DNA from: Okamejei kenojei
Taxonomy: Eukaryota
Direction: 5' to 3'
DNA length: 64,000 bases
Assembly (NCBI GenBank): GCA_035221665.1
Contig: CM069156.1
Span: 39,928,001-39,992,000, forward strand
Shown here: in pieces, positions 51,564 through 63,789 of the stretch
Layout: each line of letters begins with the position of its first letter
How positions within the stretch are numbered: the first letter of the stretch is position 1
Translations under genes and position numbers: made by a program
Notes under the pieces: model-generated
Database searches by the model: none
What the model saw: only the letters and a program-made list of their open reading frames with translations
Told to the model about the DNA's origin: nothing

Positions 51564-52818
51564 CAATGGAGTTAATTGCAGGTGATACACTCCTGACCGA
51601 CATCCACTACAAACCAACTGACTCCCACAGCTACCTGGACTACTCTTCCTCCCACCCTGCTTCCTGTAAGGACTGCATCCCCTATTCCCAATTCCTCTGT
51701 CTACGCCGCATCTGCTCCCAGGATGAGGTGTTCCACACCGGGTCATCACAAATGGGCTCATTCTTCAGAGAACGGGGATTCCCCTCCCCCACTATAGATG
51801 AGGCTCGCACCAGGGTCTCCTCCATATGCCGCAACACTGCCCTCTCTCCCCATTCCCCCATTCGCAAACAGGGCAGAGTCCCCCTGGCCCTCACCTTTCA
51901 CCCCACCAGCCGGCAAATACAACACATAGTCCTCCGCCAGTTTCGCCACCTCCAACGTGACCCCTCCACTCGCCACATCTTCCCATCTCCCCCCCTGTCT
52001 GCCTTCTGCAAAGACCGCTCCCTCCGCAACTCCCTTGTCAATTCTTCCCTTCCCTCCCGCTCTACCCCTTCCCCGGGCACTTTCCCTTGCAACCGCAAGA
52101 GATGCTACACATGTCCTTTCACCTCCCCCCTTCACTCCTTTCAGGGACCCAAGCAGTCCTTCCAGGTCCGACAGAGGTTCACCTGCACCTCCTCCAACCT
52201 CATCTACTGCATCCGCTGCTCCAGATGCCAGATGATCTATATCGGAGAGACCAAGCGGAGGCTTGGCGATCGTTTCGCCGAACACCTCCGCTCGGTCCGC
52301 ATTAACCAACCCGACCTCCCGGTGGCTCAGCACTTCAACTCCCCCTCCCATTCCATATCCGATCTCTCGGTCCTGGGCCTCCTCCACGGCCAGAGTGAGC
52401 AACACCGCAAGTTGGTGGAACAGCACCTCATATTCCGCTTGGGGAGTCTGCATCCTCTGGGCTTGAACATTGAATGTTCTCAATTCTGTCTCCTCCCCTT
52501 CTGTCTCCTCCCCTTCCCACCTCTCCCTCAGCCCTAGGGCACTGGCATTCCCTCTCTCTCTATCTCTCCCCCACCCTAGTCACACTAGCTTCTAATTTTC
52601 ACACTACAAACAGCTTACAGTGGCTTGTTCCCTTTATCATCGATACTTTTTTGCATATCTTTCATTCATTGTTCTTTATCTCTCCACATCACCGTCTATA
52701 TCTCTCGTTCCCCTGATCCCTGACCAGTCTGAAGAAGGGTCTCGACCCGAAACGTCGCCTATCTCCTTCGCTCCTTAGATGCTGCTGCACCCGCTGAGTT
52801 TCTCCAGCCTTTTGTGTA
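51564..52818 (+). mobile_element. Penelope-like element, 5'-truncated, with open RT-thumb/GIY-YIG endonuclease ORF and 14-bp TSD
   Basis: TDIHYKPTDSHSYL..S.HP; NLIYCIRCSRCQMIYIGET.R.L..RF.EH; GLN. cccattgagataat at 51550-51563 and 52819-52832. Confidence 0.92.
52724..52762 (+). ncRNA. Minimal Penelope-type hammerhead motif (CUGAAGA variant); other copies ~62232-62262 and 25912-25970
   Basis: CTGAAGA-a-GGGTC-tc-GACCC-GAAACGTC: core boxes, stem II hairpin and a short palindromic stem III. Confidence 0.6.
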
Positions 52819-53859
52819 CCCATTGAGATAATAATCTGCCCCCTTGTTTTTGCCGCCAAAGTGGATAACCTCACATTTATCAATATTATACTGTATTGTA
52901 CCCAAGTCAAATTGTATTATACTGTATTGTACCCAAGTCAAATACTAGAGGGTACAGTTTTAAACGAGAGAGTGGCATAGTATGAATCAAATGTGTGGGG
53001 CAGGGGGTTTACACAGAGGTTGGTGGATGCCTGGATTACGCTGCCGGGAGCGGTGGTTGAGACAGTGGCGTTTAAGAGACATCTGCATATCCAAGGAAAT
53101 GTGGGATATGAATTATGTGCATGGAGAGGAGCTTTTGCCTTCGCGACTGGTCTGGCAGGCCGAAGGGTCTGTTCATGTGCTGTACTGATGTATCTTCAAT
53201 GTCCTAATAATGTTAGTTTGCGCAAAGCCTGAACCAACTGTTTGAGGCGAATCGCGATTCTCCAGGCTCGCGTTCCGGCTGCTCTTGGGAAACGGTCGCC
53301 AGTCAATAGGTGTTATGCATTTTGGGGATTAGTTTTATTTTAAATTTTAAACAGGCAAAGTACAGATGCGTCATGTTTCCTGCAAGGTTTTACCAATCCC
53401 AGATCTGAACCTGTTCATTGATGAGACAGTTTCGCTGCGGGCAGAGAGTGTTTGCGCGGGGTTGATCAATATGATGCGGAGCGACTTTGATCTGATTGAC
53501 CGGTGGGATAGAAGCGATGGGCAGAATGGCCTGCCGGCTCAGACCACAATACTCGATCCGAATGTCTGAAACCAGTTTACCCTGATATTAATCAAATCTT
53601 CACAAGCCTGAAGCTTTTACACAACCGAAGATTAAACCTGTAGTTGAAGATTCCGAATTTGACCATTGGTATATAGTTAATCGAGGATACGGAATTTAGC
53701 GGTAAGTGACTTGTGCATTGCGGGCCGAAGGGCCTGTTCCTGTGCTGCACTGTGCTATGTTCTATGTCCAACCAAAGATGAAACATTTTCAGGTTAGAGG
53801 TTGCTGTTTTGGTTTGTGTTTACTTGTATGTTTTTAGTGTACATACATTTTGTATTATG

Positions 53860-53914
<55 letters not shown>

Positions 53915-54489
53915 AGCCTTCTTTTAACTCTTTCCTCGACGGAGATGCGACTTTTTCAACGTATCTCGTCTGCACAACGGCTTTAACATCGTGGAGCTGG
54001 GAGAAAAGGAGGAAATTAGGGATAAGTTATTTGACTTCCATCACAGTGGGGAATGTGAGGTCGCCGAAAAAACGAGATGGACGTGCTGCCTGCACTGGTG
54101 AGGACTCGGAGGCAGTGGCGTGAGTGCAGTGATCTCGGTGTTGTGCAGGGACATGGCTCCGTGAGGACATCCCGGAGTCTGCGAGTGTGGACGGGACGGT
54201 TCGGGCTACAGGGACTGCAGAGAGAGTGACTGCGGTCGGTACAACTCTGGTCACATCACGGTGAGGCAGCGTGTGTGGCCCGGACATTGAACTGATGGCT
54301 TTGGGTCTCCGCTTATGCTGTGGCCCTGGGGATTCTCACACGCCGCTGTGGTGGCTGATTAAGTCTATGTGTAATTTGTATGTGGTTATGTATCTTGTTG
54401 TTTTTGAATGACTGTTGGCAAATCAAATTCCTGGTATGTTTACATACTTGGTTAATAAATTAATTTCAATAAGAATTAAACGACATTTA

Positions 54490-54680
54490 ATTTGGCGTCA
54501 GCAGATTCTAAAGCGCCGGAAATCAGTCCACAGGTTTCATGGCCCCTCCCACTCATTACATTCCGGTTAATAAAGACAACCAGAGGCTCTGGTTTCCAGT
54601 CACTGGAACCCGAGCGGCTCCCGGACTTTGCAGTACAACACGAGTGGGTCTGAAGATTGGCTGCTCGCCTGTCCGGAAGA
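54490..54680 (+). promoter_or_regulatory. Putative Ig light-chain promoter region
   Basis: CRE-like TGGCGTCA at 54493-54500, TATA-like ttaataaa at ~54567 and an imperfect octamer-like ctttgcag at ~54626. No perfect ATTTGCAT seen. Confidence 0.35.
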
Positions 54681-54729
54681 ATGGCCCCAGCGCTGCACCT
54701 CCTGTGGCCTCTGCTGCTGCTCCCAGCAG
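54681..54729 (+). CDS. Ig light-chain leader exon (MAPALHLLWPLLLLPA-G)
   Basis: Hydrophobic signal peptide; phase-1 donor G|gtgaga at 54730; joins in frame to the acceptor at 55129. Confidence 0.9.
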
Positions 54730-55129
54730 GTGAGACTCGGGTTGGTTCACGACTTATTATCTGCAACGAGGTTCGTTAAAATCGCCACCATCATCGGTGC
54801 TCTACGCGTGTTTAGCCTTCTGTGGGCTCCAGATCACCCAGCCGTTTCATCCGTTCATAAGTGATAGGCCATTCAATCTCTATCTCTTTCTCCTAATCTA
54901 TCTGATCTATCTCTTTCTCCTACCCCCATTCTCCTGCCTTCTCCCCATAACCCCCGTCACCCGTACAAAACACGGATCGATCTATCTCTGCCTTAGCTTG
55001 GCCTAAACCGCCGTCCGTGGCAATTAATTCACCTCCCTTGTACTAAAGAAACTCTTCATCAGCTCATTCTGAAGGAATGTCCATTATTTCTGAGGCTTTG
55101 TTTAAGGTTTTCATTGTGTTTTGTTGAAG

Positions 55130-55489
55130 GTCTCCTGGCGATCCCAGTCCTGAATCAGACCCCAACGTCCGGACCTGTCTCCGCGGCACAAACCGTCCGC
55201 TTAGAGTGTCGGATGCAAAACGGAAAGGTTGCAAGTTACAGAGTAATTTGGTATCGACAGCGTCCCGGGGAGAGACCAGAGAGGGTGATAAGGCATGACA
55301 CGGATAATGATATATTCCGTGGCAGTGGGATCACAGACCGGTTCCAACCGTCCAGAGATACCTCCGCCAACAGCTACATCCTGACCATCGGCACCCTGGT
55401 GCCCGGAGACGCCGCCGTCTACTACTGTGCCGTGTGGGAAAACGGTGTGGGATACACCTTCAGCCCTGGTACTATCCTGGATATAAATA
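55130..55489 (+). CDS. Germline-joined VJ exon of Ig light chain, type I (NS5/sigma-cart)-like
   Basis: IPVLNQTP..LECRMQNG..WYRQRPG..DRF..DAAVYYCAVWENGVGYTFSPGTILDIN runs contiguously with no RSS; donor A|gtaagt at 55490. Confidence 0.93.
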
Positions 55490-56029
55490 GTAAGTGACTT
55501 CCTCGTTCTGTTCCCATTAATTTCCTTTGCAGTCGTCCTCATTCCCCAGTCCGGGAACGCCGGACTTGTACCTGCGCTCCGGAAAAACTTGCTCTGTCTC
55601 TACGCGGGAGGCCATTCTGCCCATCGGCGCGTACGTCAGCGGTCGGGAGAGTATTCGCGCCTGCGGGGAACGCTAGCCCGCGGGGATTCCTGCATCGTTA
55701 ACACAAGTCGCAGTTTGCGACAATCAAACGCGTTAATGTTGGGAAACAAGGAAGACAATTTGCAGGCATTCTGATGAAAGACATTGAGGAAAATACTGTG
55801 CAGCGGGTTGGGCGAGTCGGTTAGAGGGTGTAGCGGGAAAGGACGTTTTGGTGCGGGCTCGGGGTGTAATCCGGGATGAACCGGTCGCTTCCTCGTCTCT
55901 TCAGCTCTCAATGGTTTGCGGAGCCGCGCTGCGTCCCACCGCTCCCCTTGCGTCACTTGACAGGGAGTGTTGCATATCCGGACGCCTCTCCGGTACCGGT
56001 AATTCCCGCCATAACTCCTTAAAGTGGGT

Positions 56030-56330
56030 GCGGCACATTGGCTCAATGGTAGATACGTTACCTCACTACGCCAGATTCCCCAGTTCGAGCCTGAGCTCGG
56101 GTGCTGTCTGTGGGGTTTGCAAGTTCTCCCTGGGATTCTTCCGGCTGCTCCGGTTTCCCTCCACATCCCAAAGACCTGTGGGTTTGGAGGTTAATTGCCC
56201 GTCGGTGAATTGCCCCGAGTGTACGGGGAGTGGGTGAGAAGCGGGATATCATAGAACTAATGTGAACGGGTGATAAATGGTTAGTGTGGACTCGGTGGGC
56301 CGAAGGGCCATTTTCCATGCTTTATCTCCT
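56030..56330 (+). mobile_element. V-SINE/HE1-like SINE in the J-C intron; an inverted copy lies at ~56640-56940
   Basis: tRNA-like A/B boxes (tggctcaatggt; gttcgagcc) and V-domain-like gctccggtttccctccacatcccaaagac. Confidence 0.75.
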
Positions 56331-57064
56331 AAAATAGCTACATTCGCAAATTCACGTTCAAGCGAATTCCAGAGTTGGGGAATTATTGAGCCCTGCAAAG
56401 AAGTCGTCTAGACAGAGCGACGTAAAACCAAGCGACGCCAGGTGGGAGGGACGGGGCCGGGGCCGGAGCCGGCGCAATGTTTCTCAAGTGGGTCTAGAGC
56501 AATCGGCCTGGTGTTGGCTGCAAGGCGACAGCTGCGATTAACCTGGGCCAGTCTTCATTCGCCGGCTCAGACCTGCTGGGTTGAATAGCCGCGTCCTTTT
56601 CCTCGACTTTCACGAATTGTTCGCGTCATCGACGGTCTTTTAGTTTTAGTTCTAGTTTTAGAGATACAGCGCGAAAACCGGTCCACACCGACCAAAGATC
56701 CCCGAAAACGAACATTACGCTACAAACACTAGGGACAATTTTACATTGAAACCAAGTCAATTAACCTACACAACTGTACGTCTTAGGAGTGCTGGAGGAA
56801 ACCGAGGATCTCGTAGAAACCCCACACGCGTCACGGTGATAAACATACAAACTCCGTACAGACATGCACCTATATTTAGGATCCGACCCGGCTCTCTGGC
56901 GCTGTAAGACAGTTGCACTGCCGCTGCACCACCGCGCCGCCCAGTCAGTGACACTTTCCGTGGCCGAGTTCGTTTCTCTCGCGTTGGGGTCAGTGTGTGG
57001 CGCTGCCGTCGGTCTCCATCAACTAATAATGCCTCTCTTCTCCTCCGCCTCTCTCCCCACACAG

Positions 57065-57393
57065 GTAGCGAGTCTCGGAAGCCTTCGCTTCTCCTGCTCC
57101 CTCCGTCTCCGGATGAAACTGGCACGGGCTCGGCCACACTCAGCTGCCTGGTGAGCGGCTTTAAGCCGGGCTTCGTGGCGCTGCGCTGGGCCGTGGACGG
57201 CGTGGAGACGGAGAGCGGGGTGACGTCGGGCGCCGTGTCCCCGGACACCGATCAGACGTACAGGCTGAGCAGTTACCTGCGGGTCCCCGCCGCCGCATGG
57301 GCCAAGGGCTCGAGCTATTCCTGCAGCGTCGGACATAGCTCGCTGAGCTCGCCTCTGCGCCACACCGTCTCGTCGTCCGCCTGCGCGAACTGA
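57065..57393 (+). CDS. Ig light-chain constant exon
   Basis: Polypyrimidine tract and cag|GT acceptor; KPSLLLLPPS..ATLSCLVSGFKPG..W..YRLSSYL..W..YSCSVGH..SACAN. The spliced CDS is 738 nt (245 aa) and open. Confidence 0.95.
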
Positions 57394-57593
57394 GTTCGTG
57401 CCATTGGCATCGGCCGCCAATTCTCTGCTATGTTTAACACAGAGAGAGCTTCACTGTGGTCTACCGCCACCTTGTGCAACGTAACCTATCGCAATGTCCA
57501 TTTCTGGGAACAACACGAATATGTAATTATCTCAGATCAGTGCGAATTTCTTTGTAGATTGTTCCCTGTGTCTCACTGCCTCTGTCTGTAGAG

Positions 57594-57636
<43 letters not shown>

Positions 57637-57693
57637 AGATTCCCTTGTAGACAGTAACCGTGTTGTGATTGGATCTGGTGTATCTCAGCTCTC

Positions 57694-57699
57694 AATAAA
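57694..57699 (+). terminator. Putative polyadenylation signal of the IgL gene
   Basis: AATAAA ~300 bp after the stop codon. Confidence 0.6.
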
Positions 57700-59482
57700 G
57701 AGGAAAAACTGCGGTGTGATTCCATTGGTCTATTTTCACGCGGTTCCTCGCAGTACATTGAGGGGTTTGGCGCAAAGACGTGGCGCAGGAAGCCGCCTTA
57801 TACAGAAAAACTACAAGCAGATCTGCTCAAACGGCTCATTCTGCTCCTCTTGATCAATCACTCTGTATCCGCACGACTTTCTTCCCCCCTCTGCCGCCGT
57901 CAGCCGGTCCCTCTATTCAACGTCCGTCTCCCCTACTTCCATCGCAATCTCAAGTGTTTATTCCAATTCCCATTTTCCACCTACCCCCCACCCCGCCACG
58001 CTCTCTCTGGATGTTAGATGTACAATCTCGCCGCTCTTTGGTCAAATTTGGGGGGGTGGGGGGGGTGGGGGGCTGGGATGGGGACACACACACACATGAA
58101 ACACGGAGCTGGACTCTTCCGCTACTGATCCATCCGTCAATATTGTCCGTTCCGTTTGTTTTCAGATGCACTCCAGGCACGTTGTTCGATTCCGAGGCTA
58201 CCAACGCTGCAATATTCAACATGTCAGAGGGAGGGAAAACATAATGAAGTTTTAGCCGAAGTCGATCCATCGGATCCGTTGCGCTCATTGGACCATTCAA
58301 CGTGATCATGGTTCACCTCTCAACCTCCTACTGATTTCGCCAATGAACTCCCAGCCGTGAGCTATAATTGTAAGGGAAAGACACGCCAATGCCGGAAAAG
58401 TAAACGGGTAGTGTAACGTATACAGAGTAACATCCGCTGCTCAGCGCATCTCTGGAGCACGTGGGTAGGTGAAAACTCGGTTAGAGACCTTCTTCAGATT
58501 TAGCTCCGAACCAAAAACGTCACCTATCCATGTTCTCCATGGATGCTATCCGGCCCATTACCAATGTCTTTCCACGGTAAACCAGCATCTGCAGTTGCTT
58601 GTTTGCAGTTGCCGCTATAAATGCACGAAGTTCTCAGAACTCAGTAAGTGTGACGCTATCTCTCCGGAAGCATTCGCTCTGAGGGCAGAATGGGTGAACA
58701 ACTAAAGTACACAAGAGTGATCACCGGGTTGTGAATGTTTTAAGAATGAACTACAGTGCTGGAAAATCGAAGGTAGAATAAAAATGCTGGGGCAGAAAGA
58801 AGAAAGAAGAAGAAGAAGGAGAAACTCAGCGGGTGAGGCAGGCATCTATGGAGCGAAGTAAATAGGCAACGTTTCGGGTCCAGATCCTTCTTCAGATGAT
58901 GTGAAGTGGTAAGAGAAAGGAAGAGGGGGGAAATAAGGGGGGGGGGGGGGGGCGGTGGAAAAAAAGAAAGAAGAGAAGAGGAAAGAAGAAAGGAAGAGCG
59001 AAGACAGTGAGCTGAGAAGGAGAAAGCAGGGACTACCTGGAAATTGGAAGAAGTGTAGTCTCGATAGCCATGGGAGTCAGTGGGTGTCTACTATAAAGTA
59101 TAAACTATAACATCTACTATAAACCCACTGACTCCCTTTGCTTTCTGGACTACACTCCTTCCCACCCTACTTTCTGTAAGGACTCCATCCCCACTCCCAA
59201 TTCCTCTGTCTACGCCGCATCTGCACCCAGGATGAGGCGTTCCACACCAGGGCATCGGAGATGTCCTCATTCATCAGGGAACGGGGTTCCCCTCTTCTAC
59301 TATAGATGAGGCTCTCATCAGGGTTTTCTGCTATACCCCTAACTCTGCTCTCATTCCAAAATCCCCCCCACTCGTAACAAGGACAGAGCTCCCCTTATCC
59401 TCACCTTCCACCCTTCCGGCCATCACATACAAAAAAATAATTCTCCAACATTTTCACAACCTATCATTATCCGTGTCATAGG

Positions 59483-61600
59483 GAGCGGGGTGACGTCGGG
59501 CGCCGTGTCCCGGACACCGATCAGACGTACAGGCTGAGCAGTTACCTGCGGGTCCCCGCCGCCGCATGGGCCAAGGGCTCGAGCTATTCCTGCAGCGTCG
59601 GACATAGCTCGCTGAGCTCGCCTCTGCGCCACACCGTCTCGTCGTCCGCCTGCGCGAACTGAGTTCGTGCCATTGGCATCGGCCGCCAATTCTCTGCTAT
59701 GTTTAAACAGAGAGAGCTTCACTGTGGTCTACCGCCACCTTGTGAACGTAACCTATCGCAATGTCCATTTCTGGGAACAACACGAATATGTAATTATCTC
59801 AGATCAGTGCGAATTTCTTTGTAGATTGTTCCCTGTGTCTCACTGCCTCTGTCTGTAGAGTTGGGGGGGGGGGGGGGGGGGGGGGGGGGAAGATTCCCTT
59901 GTAGACAGTAACCGTGTTGTGATTGGATCTGGTGTATCTCAGCTCTCAATAAAGAGGAAAAACTGCGGTGTGATTCCATTGGTCTATTTTCACGCGGTTC
60001 CTCGCAGTACATTGAGGGGTTTGGCGCAAAGACGTGGCGATCAGGAGCCGCCTTATACAGAACTACAAGCAGATCTGCTCAAACGGCTCATTCTGCTCCT
60101 CTTGATCAATACCACTCTGTATCCCGCACCGACTTCTTCCCCCCTCTGCCGCCGTCAGCCGGTCCCTCTATTCAACGTCCCGTCTCCCCTACTTCCATCG
60201 CAATCTCAAGTGTTTATTCCAATTCCCATTTTCCACCTACCCCCCACCCCGCCACCGCTCTCTCTGGATGTTAGATGCACAATCTCGCCGCTCTTTGGTC
60301 AAATTTGGGGGTGGGGGTGGGGCTGGGATGGGGACACACACACACATGAAACACGGAGCTGGACTCTTCCGCTCTGATCCATCCGTCAAATATTGTCCGT
60401 TCCGTTTGTAATCAGATGCACTCCAGGCACGTTGTTCGATTCCGAGGCTACCAACGCTGCAATATTCAACATGTCAGAGGGAGGGAAACATAATGACATT
60501 AGAAGCCGAAGTCGATCCATCGGATCCGTGCGCTCATTGGACCATTCAACGTGATCATGGTTCACCTTTCAACCTCCTACTGATTTCGCCAATGAACTCC
60601 CAGCCGTGATCTATAATTGTAAGGAAAGACACGCAATGCCGGAGTAACATCGCTGCTCAGGCAGCATCCCTGGAGCACGTGGGTAGGTGAAAACTCGGTT
60701 AGAGACCCTTCTTCAGATTTAGCTCCGAACCAAAACGTCACCTATCCATGTTCTCCATGGATGCTATCCGACCCATTACCAATGTCTTTCCACGGTAAAC
60801 CAGCATCTGCAGTTGCTTGTTTGCAGTTGCCGCTATAAATGCACGAAGTTCTCAGAACTCAGTAAGTGTGACGCTATCTCTTGGGAAGCATTCGCTACTG
60901 AGGGCAGAATGGGTGAACACTAAAGTACACAAGAGCTGATCACCGGGTTGTGAATGTTTAAGAATGAACTACAGATGCTGGAAAATCGAAGGTAGAATAA
61001 AATGCTGGAGAAACTCAGCGGGTGAGGCAGCATCTATGGAGCGAAGTAAATAGGCAACGTTTCGGGTCCAGATCCTTCTTCAGACTGATGTGAAGTGGGG
61101 GGGGGGGGGGGGGGGGCGGTAAGAAGAAAGGAAGAGGCGAAGACAGTGAGCTGAGAAGGAGAAAGCAGGGACTACCTGAAATTGGAGAAGTGTAGTCTCG
61201 ATAGCCATGGGAGTCAGTGGGTGTCTACTATAAAGTATAAACTATAACATCTACTATAAACCCACTGACTCCCATTGCTTTCTGGACTACACTCCTTCCC
61301 ACCCTACTTTCTGTAAGGACTCCATCCCCCACTCCCAATTCCTCTGTCTACGCCGCATCTGCACCCAGGATGAGGCGTTCCACACCAGGGCATCGGAGAT
61401 GTCCTCATTCATCAGGGAACGGGGGTTCCCCTCTTCTACTATAGATGAGGCTCTCATCAGGGTTTCTGCTATACCCCATAACTCTGCTCTCATTCCAAAT
61501 CCCCCCCCACTCGTAACAAGGGCAGAGCTCCCCTTATCCTCACCTTCCACCCTTCCGGCCATCACATACAAAAAATAATTCTCCAACATTTTCACAACCT
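59483..61600 (+). repeat. Tandem duplicate of 57213-~59460 (3' half of the C exon at 59483-59662, 3' UTR and flank)
   Basis: Near-identical sequence differing mostly by small indels. Confidence 0.9.
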
Positions 61601-62320
61601 CCAACGGGATCCCACCACCGGCCACATCTTCCCATCTCCTCCCCGTCTGCTTTCCGCAGAAACCGCACCCTCCATAACTCCCTGGTCAATTCATCCCTTC
61701 CCACCCAAACCACCCCCTCTCCGGGCACTTTTCCTTGCAACTGCAGGAAATGCTACACTTGTCGCTTTACCTCCCCCCTCGACTCCATTCAAGGACCCAA
61801 AAAGTATTTCCAGGTGTGGCAGAGGTTCACCTGCACCTCCTCCAACCTCATCTATTGCATCTGTTGCTCTATGTATCAGCTGCTCTACATCGGTGAGACC
61901 AAGCGTAGGCTTGGCGATAGCTTCGCCCAACACCTCCGCTCGGTTCGCAATAACCAACCTTATCTCCCGGTGGATCAACACTTCAACTCGCCCTCCAATT
62001 CCAAATCTGACCTTTCTGTCCTGGGCCTCCTCCATGGCCAGAGTAAGGCCCACTGTAAATTGGAGGAACAGCACCTCATATTTCGGTTGGGCAGTTTACA
62101 CCCCAGTGGTATGAACATTTACTTCTCCAATTTCAGGTAGTCCCTGCTTTCTCCTCCCCTTCCCAGCTCTCCCTCAGCCCACTGTCTCCGCCTCTTCATT
62201 TCTTCTTCCCACCCCCCACCCTCACATCAACCTGAAGAAGGGTCTCGACCCGAAATGTTGCCTATTTCCTTTGCTCCATAGATGCTGCCTCACCCGCGGA
62301 GTTTCTCTAGCATTTTTGGC
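60960..62320 (+). mobile_element. Penelope-like element with inverted 5' terminal segment (partial copy at 58740-59460)
   Basis: GIY-YIG NLIYCICCSMYQLLYIGETKRRL; terminal repeat in inverted orientation at 60960-61235. Confidence 0.85.
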
Positions 62321-63124
62321 TAGCACCAGGTTGTGAATGGTCCTATTAAAGACAGGGCTCTATTTCGTTAATACATGAGCATTTATTGATCGGTTAATTA
62401 ATTAGATACACTTGATGTGAGTTACAACCACAGACTCTCACAAATAATTCAATAAATCCCCACACAAAAGATCATGAGGTGAAATGGGTGTCTGAGGGGT
62501 TGGGTGAAGTCATTTCATTGGGGTTGATGATTGAGGAGAAGGTGGGAGCTGGAGATTGGGTGTAACTAATAAGGAAAGACAGGATGCCGAGTTTAATGCT
62601 GCATACTGATATTATGTGTGCCGTAAGTCTCAATGAATGGTGAGAGAAGTGTAAATAAAAATATGTATATGGTCAGGGTGCAAAGACTTGTGTAGTGAAG
62701 TAAGTAATTCCAACGGGATAAACAGCGTTTTTCATTGAGACCAGTCATTAAATTATAGAGCAGAACATCACAGAAACAGGGCCTTCTGGTCACCTTACCC
62801 CTCCGACCAAATTGGCATACCGGTCTAGTCATATTTGGTTGTAAGCTGTGGGCCGAGCATCGAAAATGTGTCTAGAATTTAACGTTTGTCACCCATGTCT
62901 GGGAACTACTTGAAATTTTGCACAGATTTAGATATAATATAATTGAGAAGGAAGTCATAACTCGTCAGTGCCATAAGTTGCACATTAATTAATTAAGCCA
63001 ATTAGAATATGATATTGAAAAAGTAGGCACCATCTAGTGTCCAATGCCCATATTACTCCATGGGGAGCCTAATTCTGTGCTGCTGTTTGTTTAAACCATA
63101 TATATACTTGTGACTATGAGTGTA

Positions 63125-63495
63125 ATTATAACCATATAACATATAACCATATAACAATTACAGAACGGAAACAGGCCCTCTAGGCCCTTCCAGTCCGTGC
63201 CGACCATTTGTTTTCCCCTAGTCCCATCTACCTGCACTCAGACCATACCCCTCCATTCCCTTCACGTCCATATACCTATCCACTTTACTTTTAAATGTCA
63301 AAATCGATCCTGCCTCCACCACTTCTGCTAGAAGCTCATTCCACACAACCACCACCCTCTGAGTAAAGAAGTTCCCCTTCATGTTACCCCTAAACTTCTG
63401 TCCCTTAATTCTCATGTCATGCCCTCTTGTTTGAATCTTCCCTACCCTCAATGGGAAAAGCTTATCCACGTCAACTCTGTCAATCCCTTTCATCA
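63125..63495 (-). mobile_element. CR1 LINE 3' end
   Basis: FFTQRVV.VWN.L; (ccatataa)n tail. Confidence 0.9.
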
Positions 63496-63789
63496 CCTCG
63501 GCCAGCATGTCCTTCTGGATCATCATGTTGATGACGGTGTGGAGCAGCACCACCCTGCATGCCGCCCGGGCCACCTATAGCACCCCCATAACGCCGGCTC
63601 AGTCAGTTGGCCCGCTCGTTCATTGCAACACCGGTCGTCCGACGGCCCGAGCGACCCCGCGCAACACCCACCGGCGGCCCGGCAGCCCGGCAGCCAGACA
63701 GCCTGACCGACCCTTCACAGCATCCACCGGCCTACTATCAGCCCGACCGACCCTTCACAGCATCCACCGGCAGCCCAACCAACAAACTT

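Larger units (their letters stand above)
50803..52890 (-). mobile_element. CR1 fragment split by a Penelope insertion
   Basis: CR1 motifs at 50803-51563 and 52819-52890. Confidence 0.85.

Noticed and set aside
52884-52942. ~31-bp direct duplication (tattatactgtattgtacccaagtcaa)
   Set aside because: Simple local tandem duplication at a CR1 fragment boundary, with no functional signature.
54042-54048. CACAGTG heptamer upstream of the Ig leader
   Set aside because: No nonamer at 12- or 23-bp spacing and not adjacent to a V or J segment.
59483-59662. Second functional Ig C exon
   Set aside because: Lacks the 5' half and a splice acceptor, has a 1-bp deletion, and is probably an artefact.
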